Positions 1 to 11,213 of a stretch of DNA of 60,937 nucleotides are shown piece by piece; the stretch's first letter is position 1, and every line of letters begins with the position of its first letter. The notes beneath the pieces are model-generated. The model was not told the DNA's origin. It worked only from the letters and a program-made list of their open reading frames with translations, and did no database searches. Both the position numbers and the translations under genes were made by a program. The stretch lies in the NCBI GenBank assembly GCA_023413605.1, contig JAEZPL010000722.1:1-60937 (forward strand), in the 5' to 3' direction. Origin of the DNA: Pseudomonadota bacterium. GTDB lineage: Bacteria > Pseudomonadota > Alphaproteobacteria > Azospirillales > Azospirillaceae.

Positions 1-999
1 ATGTATCTGGCGCTGGAAGAGGCGGCCCGGCGGACCGGCAAGCGGTTCCACCTGATCCAGGCCGGCTGGTTCGGCAACGACGCCATCGGCGCCGCCTTCA
101 TCCAGGGGGCCAGGCGCTATTGCCCCAGCGTCAACGCCATCTTTCTGGACGGCCGCAAGCCGGAGGTGCGGACCCGCATCTGGGCCGCCGCCGACCTGTT
201 CACCTCGCTGGTGGACAATGTGCAGGAAACCTTCGGGATCTCCCCGGTGGAGGCGATGGCGGCGGGGCTGCCCTGCGTCATCACCGACTGGAACGGCTAC
301 CGCGAGACGGTGCGCGACGGGGTGGACGGCTTCCGGATTCCCACCACCCTGCCGCCGCCGGGCACCGGACCCGACTTCGCCGACCGCTACGCCGCCGGGC
401 TGGACACCTACGATTTCTACATCGGGCGCGTCTCGCAGGTGAGCGCCGTCGATGTGGCGGCGGCGGCGGACGCCTATGCGCGGCTGGCCGCCGACCCCGC
501 GCTGCGCCGGCGGATGGGCGAGGCCGGGCGTGCCCGCGCCGTCGCCATGTTCGATTGGAAGGCCATCATCCCGCAGTATCTCGACGTCTGGCGCCAGTTG
601 TCCGACATTCGCCGCCACGCCACGGAACGCGCCCCGCGCCGTCCCAACCGCGACGGCAACCCGCTGCGCCCCGATCCGTTGCGGATGTTCGAATCCTACC
701 CGACGCGTCATCTGTCCCCGTCCACGCGGCTGGTGCGGGCCGGCGGCCTCGCCCGCGCGGGGATGGCGGAGTCCCTGGCGGCCCTGCACGCCGACCCGCT
801 GAACTCCACGGCGCGCGGCGGCACCGTGTCCCCGGCCACCGACCTCATGCTGGCGCTGGAGGCCCTGGACCCACCCGGCCGGCCGGTCGCCGACGTCCTA
901 GCCCTCGTGCCGGAGGAACGCCGCCTGCTGATGCTGCGCAGCCTCGTCCACCTGATGAAATACGGCCTCGTGCAGGAGACCGGGACGCCGGGGGGCTGA
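1..999 (+). CDS. Glycosyltransferase family 4 (GT-B), probably 5'-truncated by the window edge
   Basis: C-terminal GT4 motif 'QETFGISPVEAMAAGLPCVITDWNGYRETVRDGVDGF' and 'RRRMGEAGRARA...FDW'. The ORF begins at base 1 and lacks an N-terminal Rossmann domain. Confidence 0.85.
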   Translation: MYLALEEAARRTGKRFHLIQAGWFGNDAIGAAFIQGARRYCPSVNAIFLDGRKPEVRTRIWAAADLFTSLVDNVQETFGISPVEAMAAGLPCVITDWNGYRETVRDGVDGFRIPTTLPPPGTGPDFADRYAAGLDTYDFYIGRVSQVSAVDVAAAADAYARLAADPALRRRMGEAGRARAVAMFDWKAIIPQYLDVWRQLSDIRRHATERAPRRPNRDGNPLRPDPLRMFESYPTRHLSPSTRLVRAGGLARAGMAESLAALHADPLNSTARGGTVSPATDLMLALEALDPPGRPVADVLALVPEERRLLMLRSLVHLMKYGLVQETGTPGG

Positions 1000-1090
1000 G
1001 CACCATCAGGGACCGTCGGGCACAATCCGCTTGAAAAGCCTGCCGCCCCGCCATAACACGCACAGTTCCCCAAAGGATTTCGCCGCCGCC

Positions 1091-1639
1091 ATGCACGTTA
1101 CCCCCACGTCCTTGCCCGATGTCCAACTGGTCGTGCCGAAGAAGTTCGGCGACGCGCGGGGCTATTTCGTCGAGACCTGGAGCGAGCGGACCTTCGCCAG
1201 CCACGGCCTGGAGCGGCGCTGGGTCCAGGACAATCAATCTTTGTCGGCCAAGCCGGGCACGGTGCGCGGCCTGCATTACCAGTTGGAGCCCGACGCCCAG
1301 ACCAAGCTGGTGCGCGTCCTGCGCGGGCGTATCCTCGACGTGGCGGTGGACATCCGCCGCGGCTCCCCGACCTTCGGACGGCACGTCGCGGTGGAGTTGA
1401 GCGCCGACGGTCTGGAGCAGCTCTTCGTTCCCGTCGGCTTCGCCCATGGCTTCTGCACGCTGGAGCCGGATACGATCGTCGCCTACAAGGTGGACGCTTT
1501 TTATTCTCACGAGCGGGAACGGGCGATCCTGTGGAACGATCCGGCGCTCGGCATCGGCTGGCCGGCGGTGGCCGGAACCGTGGTGTCGGACAAGGACGCG
1601 GTGGCGCCGGCCCTGGCCGCGGCGGTGGATCTGTTCTGA
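1091..1639 (+). CDS. rmlC: dTDP-4-dehydrorhamnose 3,5-epimerase
   Basis: 'FGDARGYFVETW', 'VQDNQSLS...GTVRGLHYQ', 'LFVPVGFAHGF'. ATG at 1091 follows AAGGA. Confidence 0.97.
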   Translation: MHVTPTSLPDVQLVVPKKFGDARGYFVETWSERTFASHGLERRWVQDNQSLSAKPGTVRGLHYQLEPDAQTKLVRVLRGRILDVAVDIRRGSPTFGRHVAVELSADGLEQLFVPVGFAHGFCTLEPDTIVAYKVDAFYSHERERAILWNDPALGIGWPAVAGTVVSDKDAVAPALAAAVDLF

Positions 1640-1689
1640 CGTTTTTTGACGCAACGGCGTGCCGCGAGAGGCCGTAAAGGGGAAAAGGC

Positions 1690-2760
1690 ATGCGCATATT
1701 GGTGACGGGGGGCGCGGGATTCATCGGGTCGGCCTTCATCCGCTGGGTGCTGGCCAACACGACGGCCTCGGTCGTCAACGTCGACAAGCTGACCTACGCC
1801 GCGGACCTGGAAAGCCTTGCCCCCTTCGCGGACGAGCCGCGCTACACCTTCGAGCGGGTGGACATCGGCGACGAGGCCGACCTGCGCCGCGTCTTCGCCG
1901 CGCACCGCCCCACGGCGGTCATCCATCTGGCCGCGGAAACCCACGTCGACCGCTCCATCGACGGCCCCATGGCCTTCGTGCAGACCAACGTGGTCGGCAC
2001 CGTCACCCTGCTGCGTGTCGCGCTGGACTACTGGCGCGGGCTGGAGGGCGAGGCGAAGGAGCGGTTCCGCTTCCACCACGTCTCCACCGACGAGGTGTTC
2101 GGCACGCTGGGCGAGGAGGGGCGCTTCTCCGAAACCACGCCCTACGCGCCCAACTCCCCCTATTCGGCCAGCAAGGCGGCATCCGATCATTTCGTGCGCG
2201 CCTGGCACGAGACCTACGGCCTGCCGACGGTGGCCAGCAACTGTTCGAACAACTACGGCCCCTGGCAATTTCCGGAGAAGCTGATTCCGCTGATGACGCT
2301 GAAGGCGCTGCAGGGCCAACCCCTGCCGGTCTACGGCAGCGGCCTGAACGTGCGCGACTGGCTGTATGTGGACGACCACGCCTCGGCGCTGTGGACCATC
2401 CTGACCACCGGGCGGCTGGGCGAGAGCTACAACGTCGGCGGCGACAGCGAGCGCCGCAACATCGACGTCGTGCACGCCATCTGCGATCTGGTGGACGAGC
2501 TGGCCGGTCCGCTTCCCGGCGGCCCGCGGCGGAGCCTGATCACCCACGTCACCGACCGGCCGGGGCACGACCACCGCTACGCCATCGACGCCACCAAGCT
2601 GTCCTCCGAACTGGGCTGGCGCCCGAGCGAGACCTTCGAGACGGGCATCCGCCGCACCGTCGCCTGGTATCTGGACAACCGCGCCTGGTGGGAGCGCCTG
2701 TCCGCCGGCTACGGCGGCCAGCGTCTCGGCGTAGCGCCCACCGCACAATCCGCTGAATGA
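1690..2760 (+). CDS. rmlB: dTDP-glucose 4,6-dehydratase
   Basis: 'TGGAGFIGS', 'DKLTYA', '[12 protein letters not shown]', '[10 protein letters not shown]', 'YSASK'. Confidence 0.97.
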   Translation: MRILVTGGAGFIGSAFIRWVLANTTASVVNVDKLTYAADLESLAPFADEPRYTFERVDIGDEADLRRVFAAHRPTAVIHLAAETHVDRSIDGPMAFVQTNVVGTVTLLRVALDYWRGLEGEAKERFRFHHVSTDEVFGTLGEEGRFSETTPYAPNSPYSASKAASDHFVRAWHETYGLPTVASNCSNNYGPWQFPEKLIPLMTLKALQGQPLPVYGSGLNVRDWLYVDDHASALWTILTTGRLGESYNVGGDSERRNIDVVHAICDLVDELAGPLPGGPRRSLITHVTDRPGHDHRYAIDATKLSSELGWRPSETFETGIRRTVAWYLDNRAWWERLSAGYGGQRLGVAPTAQSAE

Positions 2761-2774
2761 CCGGAGCCGCCGCC

Positions 2775-3680
2775 ATGGGCACCATCCTGATCTTCGGCGC
2801 CAACGGTCAGGTCGGCTTCGAGCTGATGCGCGCCGCCTGGGCGCCGGGCCTGACCCCGGTCGGGCTGACCCGCGCCGATGGCGACGTGACGGATGAGCAG
2901 GCGGTCACCGCGGCCCTGGCGGCCCACAGCCCGGCGCTGGTCGTCAACGCCTCGGCCTACACCGCCGTGGACAAGGCGGAGAGCGAGGCGGACGCGGCCT
3001 ATGCGGTCAACCGCGACGGGCCGGCCCATCTGGCGCGGTCCTGCGCCGCCGCCAACGTGCCGCTGATCCACGTCTCCACCGACTATGTCTTCGACGGCAC
3101 CAGCAAGACCGAACCCTGGCGGGAGGAAGACCCCGTTGCCCCGCAGGGCGTCTACGCCGCCAGCAAGCTGGCCGGCGAGGAAGCGGTGCGGACGGTCCAG
3201 CCCGACCATGTGATCCTGCGCACCGCCTGGGTGTTCGGGGCGCACGGGCACAATTTCGTCAAGACCATGCTGCGGCTGGCCCGTGAACGGGACGAGCTGC
3301 GGGTGGTCGCCGACCAGCACGGCTGCCCCACCCCGGCGATGGCCATCGCCGCGGCCGTCGCCACCATCGCCCAGGCCCGCCTGACCGGCGGATGGACGCC
3401 CGGTGTCTTCCATTACGCCGGCGCTCCCGCCACCACATGGCACGGCTTCGCCGAACGCATCGTGGAACGCGCCGCCGGCCGGATCGGGCGGAAGCCCCCG
3501 GTGCGGGCCATCGCGACCGCCGATTTCCCGACACCGGCCCGGCGGCCAGCCAATTCCGTGCTCGATACCGCGCGGATCGGTCAAGCCTACGGCATCGCCC
3601 CGGCGGACTGGATGGACGGCCTCGACCGGATGCTGGACGAGACCCTTTCCGACACACAAGGCACGGACACGCAGCGATGA
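2775..3680 (+). CDS. rmlD: dTDP-4-dehydrorhamnose reductase
   Basis: 'GANGQVG', '[14 protein letters not shown]', '[10 protein letters not shown]', 'YAASK'. ATG 2775 follows GGAG; alternative start at 2757. Confidence 0.96.
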   Translation: MGTILIFGANGQVGFELMRAAWAPGLTPVGLTRADGDVTDEQAVTAALAAHSPALVVNASAYTAVDKAESEADAAYAVNRDGPAHLARSCAAANVPLIHVSTDYVFDGTSKTEPWREEDPVAPQGVYAASKLAGEEAVRTVQPDHVILRTAWVFGAHGHNFVKTMLRLARERDELRVVADQHGCPTPAMAIAAAVATIAQARLTGGWTPGVFHYAGAPATTWHGFAERIVERAAGRIGRKPPVRAIATADFPTPARRPANSVLDTARIGQAYGIAPADWMDGLDRMLDETLSDTQGTDTQR

Positions 3681-4543
3681 AGGGCATCATTCTGGCCGGC
3701 GGTTCCGGCACGCGGCTCTATCCGCTGACACAGGTGACCAGCAAGCAGCTGCTTCCGGTGTTCGACAAGCCGATGATCTATTATCCGCTGTCGACGCTGA
3801 TGCTGGCGGGCATCCGCGACATCCTGGTCATCACCACGCCGGAGGACCAGCCGCAATTCCACCGCCTGCTGGGCGACGGCAGCCAATGGGGCATCGCGCT
3901 CTCCTACGCGGAACAGCCGAAGCCCGAAGGGCTGGCCCAGGCCTTCATCATCGGGCGGCATTTCGTCGGCACCGACAGCGTCTGCCTGATCCTGGGCGAC
4001 AACATCTTCTTCGGCCACGACCTGGAACTGGCGCTGCTGCGTGCCGTCAAACGGGCGGAGGGCGCCACCGTGTTCGGCTATCATGTGCGCGACCCCGAAC
4101 GCTACGGCGTGGTGAGCTTCGACGCCGAAGGCCGTCCGGTGGCCATCGAGGAAAAGCCGGTCGTCCCGAAGTCCAACTACGCGGTGACCGGGCTCTACTT
4201 CTACGACAACGCCGTGCTCGACATCGCGGCGACGATCACGCCCTCGGCGCGCGGCGAGCTTGAGATCACCGACGTGAACAACGTCTATCTCGCGCGACAG
4301 CGGCTCGCCGTCGAAAGACTGGGCCGCGGTTACGCTTGGTTCGACACCGGCACGCACCAGTCCCTGCTGCAGGCGGCGGAGTTCGTCCAGACGATCGAGG
4401 CCCGCCAAGGCCTGAAGATCGCCTCGCCCGAGGAGATTGCCTGGCGCAAAGGCTTCATCGATGGTGAGCAACTGACCCGCATCGCCCGTCCGCTCGCCAA
4501 AAGCGGCTACGGCAAATACCTGCTCGACCTTCTCAACGAATAA
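3677..4543 (+). CDS. rmlA: Glucose-1-phosphate thymidylyltransferase
   Basis: '[18 protein letters not shown]...[18 protein letters not shown]', 'RGELEITD', 'WFDTGT'. ATGA overlap with the rmlD stop. Confidence 0.98.
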   Translation: MKGIILAGGSGTRLYPLTQVTSKQLLPVFDKPMIYYPLSTLMLAGIRDILVITTPEDQPQFHRLLGDGSQWGIALSYAEQPKPEGLAQAFIIGRHFVGTDSVCLILGDNIFFGHDLELALLRAVKRAEGATVFGYHVRDPERYGVVSFDAEGRPVAIEEKPVVPKSNYAVTGLYFYDNAVLDIAATITPSARGELEITDVNNVYLARQRLAVERLGRGYAWFDTGTHQSLLQAAEFVQTIEARQGLKIASPEEIAWRKGFIDGEQLTRIARPLAKSGYGKYLLDLLNE

Positions 4544-4575
4544 AGCGAATAGTCTTTCGCTCTAGATTTCCATCC

Positions 4576-7050
4576 TTATCCGATTTCTTCTTGTGCCCCG
4601 TGCAGAAGTCTGGTGGTCCGGAAGCGTGTTCCGTCGTACCACCAGCATCGCAGTGGCCGTTCATCGCCCTCATTGTTTTTCTTCAAGGCATCGATGATGG
4701 CGGGGCCATAGCCGACGCTGACCACGACGACATCCCGGCAGTCCTGCCGCGCGGCGTCGGCCAGCCCCAATTCCGCCTGCCGGAAAACGCCGTCCCCCAT
4801 GACCAGCAGGTCGGCGTAACCGACGCATTCCAGCCCAGCCTCACGGGCAACGTCGAGGAACGTTGGCCCCATGCCGCCCATGCCGCCGGCCGCGCAAAGA
4901 ATGAATCGGCTTACGCCGGCGCGTCGCACCAGATGGGCAAGTTGCCGGCTGATGGTCCTGTGGCCGAAACCGCCCTGCGCACCCTCGATCATCTCTTCGA
5001 TGTGCCCAGCCTGCTCCAGAGCCATCGTCCCTTGCGGCCAGGGCAGATCGGACGGGCGTGTCTGCAAAGTCAGGCTCAACCACAAAGCCGGGGGAGCGGC
5101 TGCGCAGAGTTCCGTCACAACGCGTCGGGCTCTGTCGTTGCAGAGAGGCAATCGAACCGGAGAGCCGTTGTTGACATCGAAGATGAGGCGTCCGATGTGT
5201 GTCGCCTCCTCTTGCGTCGGCAGATGAACGGCTCGGTGGAGAATGCTGAGAAGCGCGGCCGAGGCGACCCCCCACTCCCCATTCGGTTCACCGTCATCCC
5301 GCCCCGAGAGAGCGGCCCACTGCCCGTAGTAGGAGAAGACGCCGGCGTGGCAGGCTTGCAGCGCCCGCCGTTGAGCCTCGCCTATGTCCACGGGTTGGAA
5401 CATGGGAACGGCGTGGCCATCCGCGTCGCGGCGGTACCCTCCGGTTGTCGCGGCCTCGCCGTTCAAAAGGAGTTCAAAGAACTGCGGGCTGCGGTAAACG
5501 ACCTTTGCCTGTTCCAACGCCGCGGCGGTCAAGGGCATGTGGATCTGAACGCGCAAGCCGCGGGCCATCCGGTGAAGGGCATCCGGCGTGGCGTAGAAGA
5601 GATAGCCGTGGAAGTCATACCGCCCGCCCAGTTCAGGCATTTGGCCAAGCCGTTCGAACATCGATCCTTTCGCACCGATGTCCACCAGCGCCACCTGCCC
5701 GGCGTCCGCAAGCTCCGTCTCGACATAGGCAACCAGATCACGTCGCGCCTGCCGCGCTTTGGCGAGGATGCGGTCCTTGGTTCGTTCGGCCAGAAGGTAG
5801 GAACGTGCCGCGTGATAGGCTTCGGCGTCTTTGCCGAATTCGGCGCCCAGCAGGTCAACCAAGGGACGGTCGGCGTGGGGCAGGAGCGCGTCCGGCAGAT
5901 CGTCCAGGCCGAACATGACCGTCACGTCCCGGAGCGTCAGGTAGATTTCGGCGCCCAGGGACCGGAACTCCGTCTCGTCGAAGCGCGTCAGCGACGGCAG
6001 GTAGAGTGCCGCGCGGGACACCGCCAAGGGCCTCACGTCGACGTCGATGCCAAGGCGTTCCGCTTCGCGCGCGATGAGCCGGCCCAGCAATTCCCCTTCG
6101 CGCATCAGCGGAGCGATACGCCGGATGCCGCGCGCCGCCGCGTGGCGCAGCACCCAGTTGGCGTAATGCACGGCGATGGGGCCCAGGACGGTCGCGCCGT
6201 AGTGATGCCAGAAGGCGTCCTCTTCCTGCTCCGTCCTGCGGCGCCCGGCAAGGGTGCGCAGCAGTATCAGCGGACCCCGCGGGGCGTTGCCCAGCAGGGT
6301 TTCGCGCCGCAGCATCTCCTTCGAACGGTCAGGCAAGGTGTAATGCACGCTGCGGATCCCGGCGGCGGCGGCTCCTGCCTTGTCGGTCACCGGATCGTCT
6401 CCGATGTGGAGGACCCGCGAGGGCGACACGCCGGGATGGTCCTCCAGCACGATCCGGAACAGCGCACCGCCGGCTTTGGAGGTGCCGTGGTCGCAGGAGA
6501 CGTAGAGCCGGTCGTAATCCCGCCCGGAGGAAATGCCCACAGATTCCAGCAATTCTTCCAGTTCCGTCCTGCCGAGATACATGTCGGACACCAGCACGAC
6601 GGGTTTCCGCCGACGGCGCAGGGCACGCAGGAGGGCGACGAGGTTGGGGTTGGCGACGGCCGCCCTGCGTTCGACCGCGCGCTCCAGCCGCTCCAGGGCC
6701 GCAGCATCGATGCCGGGCATCTCCAGGGCGCGGTAAATGTCCGCCAAGCGGGTTTCGGAATGCCCTTGGGCGCGTGCCCGCGCCCGCGCTTCAGCCTGGC
6801 GCCGGATGATGACGAAGGCGTCGTCGGTTATGAACGGGTCGAGCAGGCCTGCGGTGCGCGCGTCCTGCGCCACGCGTTCGAAAACGGCCTCGGGAGGCCC
6901 CCACCGGCGCAGGACGAGCGTGTCGAAAATGTCGATGCAGAAGAGGTCGAACTCGTCCGGGACGATGGCTGCCAACGCGGCATCCCACCGCCACGGATCT
7001 TCCCTGTCCACCTCGGGCCATGGGGCCACGCGATCCTCTTGGCACTGCAT
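4576..7050 (-). CDS. HAD-superfamily hydrolase of the polysaccharide-locus type, with a C-terminal Rossmann-like domain
   Basis: HAD motif I 'IDIFDTL', motif II 'VSDMYL', and 'HIGDDPVTD'; later 'PLMREG' and 'VDIGAKGS'. ATG 7050 follows TAAGGA. Confidence 0.8.
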   Translation of the reverse strand: MQCQEDRVAPWPEVDREDPWRWDAALAAIVPDEFDLFCIDIFDTLVLRRWGPPEAVFERVAQDARTAGLLDPFITDDAFVIIRRQAEARARARAQGHSETRLADIYRALEMPGIDAAALERLERAVERRAAVANPNLVALLRALRRRRKPVVLVSDMYLGRTELEELLESVGISSGRDYDRLYVSCDHGTSKAGGALFRIVLEDHPGVSPSRVLHIGDDPVTDKAGAAAAGIRSVHYTLPDRSKEMLRRETLLGNAPRGPLILLRTLAGRRRTEQEEDAFWHHYGATVLGPIAVHYANWVLRHAAARGIRRIAPLMREGELLGRLIAREAERLGIDVDVRPLAVSRAALYLPSLTRFDETEFRSLGAEIYLTLRDVTVMFGLDDLPDALLPHADRPLVDLLGAEFGKDAEAYHAARSYLLAERTKDRILAKARQARRDLVAYVETELADAGQVALVDIGAKGSMFERLGQMPELGGRYDFHGYLFYATPDALHRMARGLRVQIHMPLTAAALEQAKVVYRSPQFFELLLNGEAATTGGYRRDADGHAVPMFQPVDIGEAQRRALQACHAGVFSYYGQWAALSGRDDGEPNGEWGVASAALLSILHRAVHLPTQEEATHIGRLIFDVNNGSPVRLPLCNDRARRVVTELCAAAPPALWLSLTLQTRPSDLPWPQGTMALEQAGHIEEMIEGAQGGFGHRTISRQLAHLVRRAGVSRFILCAAGGMGGMGPTFLDVAREAGLECVGYADLLVMGDGVFRQAELGLADAARQDCRDVVVVSVGYGPAIIDALKKNNEGDERPLRCWWYDGTRFRTTRLLHGAQEEIG

Positions 7051-7129
7051 CGTTCGATTTTCCTTATGACCTGACCATGCCAATGACCGGCGCCATGACC
7101 AACGTGGAAGCGGGGAGGCCCCTTCCGAT

Positions 7130-8296
7130 TCAGCGCATAAAGCGCCGATAGATGCCGACCACCTTCGCCTCGGTCAGGGCCGGCGCCCAGTGGGCCTGGG
7201 CATGCGCCGCGGCGCGCCGGCCCAAAGCCGCGCGGCCGGCATGGTCGGCCAGCAGTTCCCCGATCGCAGCGGCGTAGCTGTCCGGGATGGGATCGACGAA
7301 GCGGACAATGTCGGCTTCCGCCAGTTCCGGTACCGGTGTGCCGCGCCGCCGGTTGAGAATGGCGGGCAATCCGGTCAGCAGCGCTTCGAGCAGCGACTTG
7401 TTCAGTTCGAAATATTCGGTGTGGATCGTGAACAGGTCGAACTCGCCCAGCATCCGGCACAGTTCGGCGTTGCGGACCGCTGGGCGGAAATGCACCCGTT
7501 CCTGCAAGCCGCGCTCTTGCACCATCCGCTCCAGGGAGGCACGCAGGGGGCCGTCCCCAACGATGGTCAGAGTCGCATCCGGAATCCGTTCCAAGGCGAG
7601 GATGATGGGCTCCGGGTTCTTGTCGCCGAACACACGGCCGACGTAGAGCAGCCGGGGCGGGTCGGCCAGATCGTACCGCTCCTTCGGCCGCAAATTTTCC
7701 CCGTCCAGGATGTTGTAGCAGACCTCGTGCTTCACGACGCCGACCCGTTCCAGAAACGGGATGATCGGCTGGTAGACGGGCATCACGAGATCCGCGGCGC
7801 GCAGCCCTTCGTCTTGGATGTGGGCAAAGAACTCGTTGTGCCGGATCTGGTACGGCTCCAGGTTCGGCCCGGGATACTGGCGGGGCTGGTTGATGTCCGG
7901 GTTGATGTGCAGGGAAACGACAAAGGGAATGCCGAGCTCCTCGCGGATGCACTTTGCCACCCAGATGTTCCAGTCGGCACCGTGCAGCCGGATCAGGCTG
8001 GGCTGGATCCGGGCGGCCAACTCCACACCGGGACGGGCCCACTGACGCAATGGGGCGTAATTGTCCCGGCGCCAATCCCGCTGGCACAGGTCGAGGTCTT
8101 CCGGAATGACGTGGAAGTGCAGCCGTGCCGTCCCGACCGTGTGTTGCAAGGCGGCAAGATCCGGCTTATCGGGTGTCGTGCTGCACAGATGCACCTCGTC
8201 AAACAGGTTGCCCGGATTGTAATAGCAGGGCTGAAATTCTCCTTTGTCGATGATGTCCGTTAACCGATCGGGAACGATGACCATCAGACGAGACAT
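7130..8296 (-). CDS. Glycosyltransferase family 4
   Basis: 'LLYVGRVFGDKNPE', 'LTIVGDGPLRASLE', 'KSLLEALLTGLP'. Confidence 0.85.
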   Translation of the reverse strand: MSRLMVIVPDRLTDIIDKGEFQPCYYNPGNLFDEVHLCSTTPDKPDLAALQHTVGTARLHFHVIPEDLDLCQRDWRRDNYAPLRQWARPGVELAARIQPSLIRLHGADWNIWVAKCIREELGIPFVVSLHINPDINQPRQYPGPNLEPYQIRHNEFFAHIQDEGLRAADLVMPVYQPIIPFLERVGVVKHEVCYNILDGENLRPKERYDLADPPRLLYVGRVFGDKNPEPIILALERIPDATLTIVGDGPLRASLERMVQERGLQERVHFRPAVRNAELCRMLGEFDLFTIHTEYFELNKSLLEALLTGLPAILNRRRGTPVPELAEADIVRFVDPIPDSYAAAIGELLADHAGRAALGRRAAAHAQAHWAPALTEAKVVGIYRRFMR

Positions 8297-8350
8297 TTTG
8301 ACCTCTTTGGTGACGTGCGTTCCGACCAGCGCTGTGGGCGGCGCGGGACT

Positions 8351-9190
8351 TTAGACTTTGCGGGCCGCCAGTTCCACCGCGGGCCGGAACGGATTCCAGA
8401 AATTCAGGAAGCGGCGGGGGCGTTTGCGGAAGGTCCTGAACCCGCCTTGGCCAACATCCATGGGCCAATTGTTGTCCAGGTTAAAGAGCTGGAATCCAAG
8501 CCGCTTCAAGGTCGACTGGATCCCCCAGTTGGTGCGGCGGAAAATGCTGGTTTCAAAGAAGCGGGGATTCAGGCCTTTCTTGCGAATGCGCCGCGCCACC
8601 GCGGATCGGGGCAGCAAAGCCAGCCAGGGTGTCCATGGAAAGTGATAATGGGCTTCGAGACGCCACGCGCAGTAATTGGGGCAGATCACGAACACTCGCC
8701 CCCCTGGCCGCAGCAGCCTGTGGACCGCCGTGAGAACGGCGTCGTAGGCGTCCACATGCTCCAGCACGTTCCAGAGGGTGACGATGTCGACGCTCGCCGG
8801 AGGGAGGTCCAGGCTGCGGGCATCGTCCGTCCGGAATATGGAATCGGCGTCCTCCTGGGGGCGCAGCCGGCGCAGGCGCCAACGGGCGATGTCCGTTTCG
8901 AACTCCGCGATTTCGATACCCCGAGCGTCCAGCCCCCCGGCGCGCGCCGCAAGGACAAAGCTGCCGAATCCGCTGCCGATGTCGAGCAGGCATTCACCGG
9001 CGCGTGCCGTGGGCATTATCCTGCTCAGGGCGTGGTCGGCGAAGTCGAAGCCGACATGGGCATCGAGGTGGAACTGGATCGCCTCCTCGGTGAAGATCCC
9101 TTTGTAGAGGCCGTGAAGATAGGCAAGCAGTTCCGCGCGTTTCTGTTCAGGCCAGCTTGAAAGGCTGTCGCGCGCAAATTCGGACGTCAT
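8351..9190 (-). CDS. Class I SAM-dependent methyltransferase
   Basis: 'LLDIGSGFG', 'DIVTLWNVLEHV', 'LLRPGG'. Confidence 0.9.
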   Translation of the reverse strand: MTSEFARDSLSSWPEQKRAELLAYLHGLYKGIFTEEAIQFHLDAHVGFDFADHALSRIMPTARAGECLLDIGSGFGSFVLAARAGGLDARGIEIAEFETDIARWRLRRLRPQEDADSIFRTDDARSLDLPPASVDIVTLWNVLEHVDAYDAVLTAVHRLLRPGGRVFVICPNYCAWRLEAHYHFPWTPWLALLPRSAVARRIRKKGLNPRFFETSIFRRTNWGIQSTLKRLGFQLFNLDNNWPMDVGQGGFRTFRKRPRRFLNFWNPFRPAVELAARKV

Positions 9191-10017
9191 GGCCGGGCCT
9201 GTCCGGTACAGGTTTTTCCTGCCCAGCCGGTGAGATGCGGGCGGCCGTCATGCTCCTTCCGGGCCACGACGTACCATCGATTGGGCAAGCGGCGGAGAGG
9301 CCACAGGCTGGACATCCAGTGGTCCAGATCGAAGCCGGGGTGGTGGGAGATCCGCTCCAGCCATGGCCGGTTCAGGGTGGGCCGCCAGTATTTGAGGTGA
9401 TCCACCAGCCCGAACGCCGGCCGATCGAGGATCCGCATGCCAAGTCTGGACAAAAGGCGCTGTGTCTCAGTCCAGCCGAGCGCGGCCAATCCCGGATGCC
9501 CTTGTGCCAAGTACCAGTCGTTCCAGTGCCGATAGGTGGGCGTGCCGGTGTTCATGATGTCGAAAATGCCGATGCCCCCAGGTCTCAGCACCCTCGTCAT
9601 TTCCGCAGCGGCCGCTTCGATATCGGGCACCATCACCAGCGTGGAAAAGGAATAGACGAGGTCGAACCGGTCGGGACCGAACGGAAGCGCGGTCGCGCTG
9701 CCCTTGGCCAGCAGGCAGTTGTCGATTCCCCTGTCCCGAAACGCCGATTGCGCTGTGGACAACAGGGAATCGGTGATGTCGACGCCGACGATTTCACGGC
9801 ACAAGCCCGATAGGACCCGCATGTAGAGCCCGTTGCCGCACCCCACTTCAAGAACCCGGTCCTGCGCGCGAAGGCGCCGGCGGACCGTTTCGACCTTCAT
9901 GCGCTGGGCGAACTGGCGGAACGTTTCCTCGGCATAGTCAGGGCTCAGGCTTCCCATGATGCGCGTGGAAGCCGCTTCGGCGATGCGTGTGGTCGGGGAG
10001 CGGTTCGGGCTGTTCAT
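9187..10017 (-). CDS. Class I SAM-dependent methyltransferase
   Basis: 'VLEVGCGNG', 'VGVDI', 'LPFGPDRFDLVYS', 'RVLRPGG'. Start at ATG 10017 gives ATGA coupling to the upstream epimerase; this is the C-terminal part of track ORF 9187..11370. Confidence 0.88.
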   Translation of the reverse strand: MNSPNRSPTTRIAEAASTRIMGSLSPDYAEETFRQFAQRMKVETVRRRLRAQDRVLEVGCGNGLYMRVLSGLCREIVGVDITDSLLSTAQSAFRDRGIDNCLLAKGSATALPFGPDRFDLVYSFSTLVMVPDIEAAAAEMTRVLRPGGIGIFDIMNTGTPTYRHWNDWYLAQGHPGLAALGWTETQRLLSRLGMRILDRPAFGLVDHLKYWRPTLNRPWLERISHHPGFDLDHWMSSLWPLRRLPNRWYVVARKEHDGRPHLTGWAGKTCTGQARP

Positions 10018-11213
10018 GATTCCAGGGTCCCCTTGGAAAAGCCGACGTCGGCGGCAGGGCAATGAACGCCCGCAAACCTGTGGGCCAGGACGGTGGCGAT
10101 GCGCTCCGCCGCCATGCCGTCCCAAAGGGCAGGCCGGCGCTTGGCGCCTTTGCCACCGTTCTTCAGAAAGGCGCCGAACGCGGCCCTGATGGCGCCGGGT
10201 TCGGGCGGCACGAGCTGGTTGGTTCCCTCTTCCACCGTGACCGGCCGTTCCGTCGTGGTCCGAAGGGTGAAGCAGGGGATGCCCAGGGCCGTCGTTTCCT
10301 CCTGGATGCCCCCTGAATCCGTCAGCACCAGGCCGGCATGCCGCTGCAACCCCAGCATGGCCAGATAGCCTTGGGGCGGGAGCAGAACGCAACCGGCGGC
10401 TTCCAGCGGTTCTCTGAGGCCGGCCTGCTCCAGCCGCGCCCGGCTGCGCGGGTGCAGGATGAAGAGCATGGGGCGAAGCCGCGCCAGGTCGCACAGCCCG
10501 GCCACCAGCCCCTGAAGCGTGGAGGGGTCGTCCACATTCGACGGACGGTGCAGCGTCACCAGGAGAAGGCGGCCGGCCTCCAGGAAGGGCGCTGCACGCG
10601 CCGGCTCCACTCCGGCCGCCGCCAGGGTGTGTGCCACCAGTATCGCCCGTTCCGCATTGGCCAGCAGCGTGTCCACCATGACATTGCCGACGAAATGCAC
10701 CCGTTCGGCCGGGATGCCTTCGCGCTGCAGGTTGGCCAGGGCGCCGGCTTCGGAAGTGAAGAGCAGGTCCGCAAGCTGGTCGACCACCACCCGGTTGATT
10801 TCCTCCGGCATGGTGCGGTCGTAGCTGCGCAGACCGGCCTCGACATGGGCCAGGGCGACGCCCCGCTTGGCCGCCACCAGGGCGCAGGCCAGGGTGGAGT
10901 TGACATCTCCCACCACAAGCACGCAGGCCGGCGCGGTCCGCTCCAGCACCGGGTCGAAGCGCGCCATGATTTCGGCTGTCTGTGTCGCGTGGTTTCCTGA
11001 TCCCACCTCCAGGTTCACGTCGGGGGCGGGCAGGCCCAACTCCTTGAAGAGTTGCCCGCTCATTTGCGGGTCGTAATGTTGGCCCGTATGCACCAGGATC
11101 GGCGTGATCCCGCCCCGTCGGCGCAACGCCGCCAGCACCGGCGCCACCTTCATGAAGTTCGGCCGGGCACCGGCGATGCAGAGGATGCGCGCGGGGGCGG
11201 AATGGTTTGCCAT
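10014..11213 (-). CDS. wecB: UDP-N-acetylglucosamine 2-epimerase (non-hydrolysing), 'GARPNFMK' subtype
   Basis: 'GARPNFMK', 'HTGQHYD', 'VVGDVNST', 'HVEAGLRS', 'TDSGGIQEE', 'TERP'. Confidence 0.92.
   Translation of the reverse strand: MANHSAPARILCIAGARPNFMKVAPVLAALRRRGGITPILVHTGQHYDPQMSGQLFKELGLPAPDVNLEVGSGNHATQTAEIMARFDPVLERTAPACVLVVGDVNSTLACALVAAKRGVALAHVEAGLRSYDRTMPEEINRVVVDQLADLLFTSEAGALANLQREGIPAERVHFVGNVMVDTLLANAERAILVAHTLAAAGVEPARAAPFLEAGRLLLVTLHRPSNVDDPSTLQGLVAGLCDLARLRPMLFILHPRSRARLEQAGLREPLEAAGCVLLPPQGYLAMLGLQRHAGLVLTDSGGIQEETTALGIPCFTLRTTTERPVTVEEGTNQLVPPEPGAIRAAFGAFLKNGGKGAKRRPALWDGMAAERIATVLAHRFAGVHCPAADVGFSKGTLES

Noticed and set aside
4576..7050. HAD protein as the missing GmhB
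   Set aside because: Far larger than GmhB, lacks the DRDG motif and Zn-binding CxH/CxC motifs, and is 50 kb from the heptose genes.
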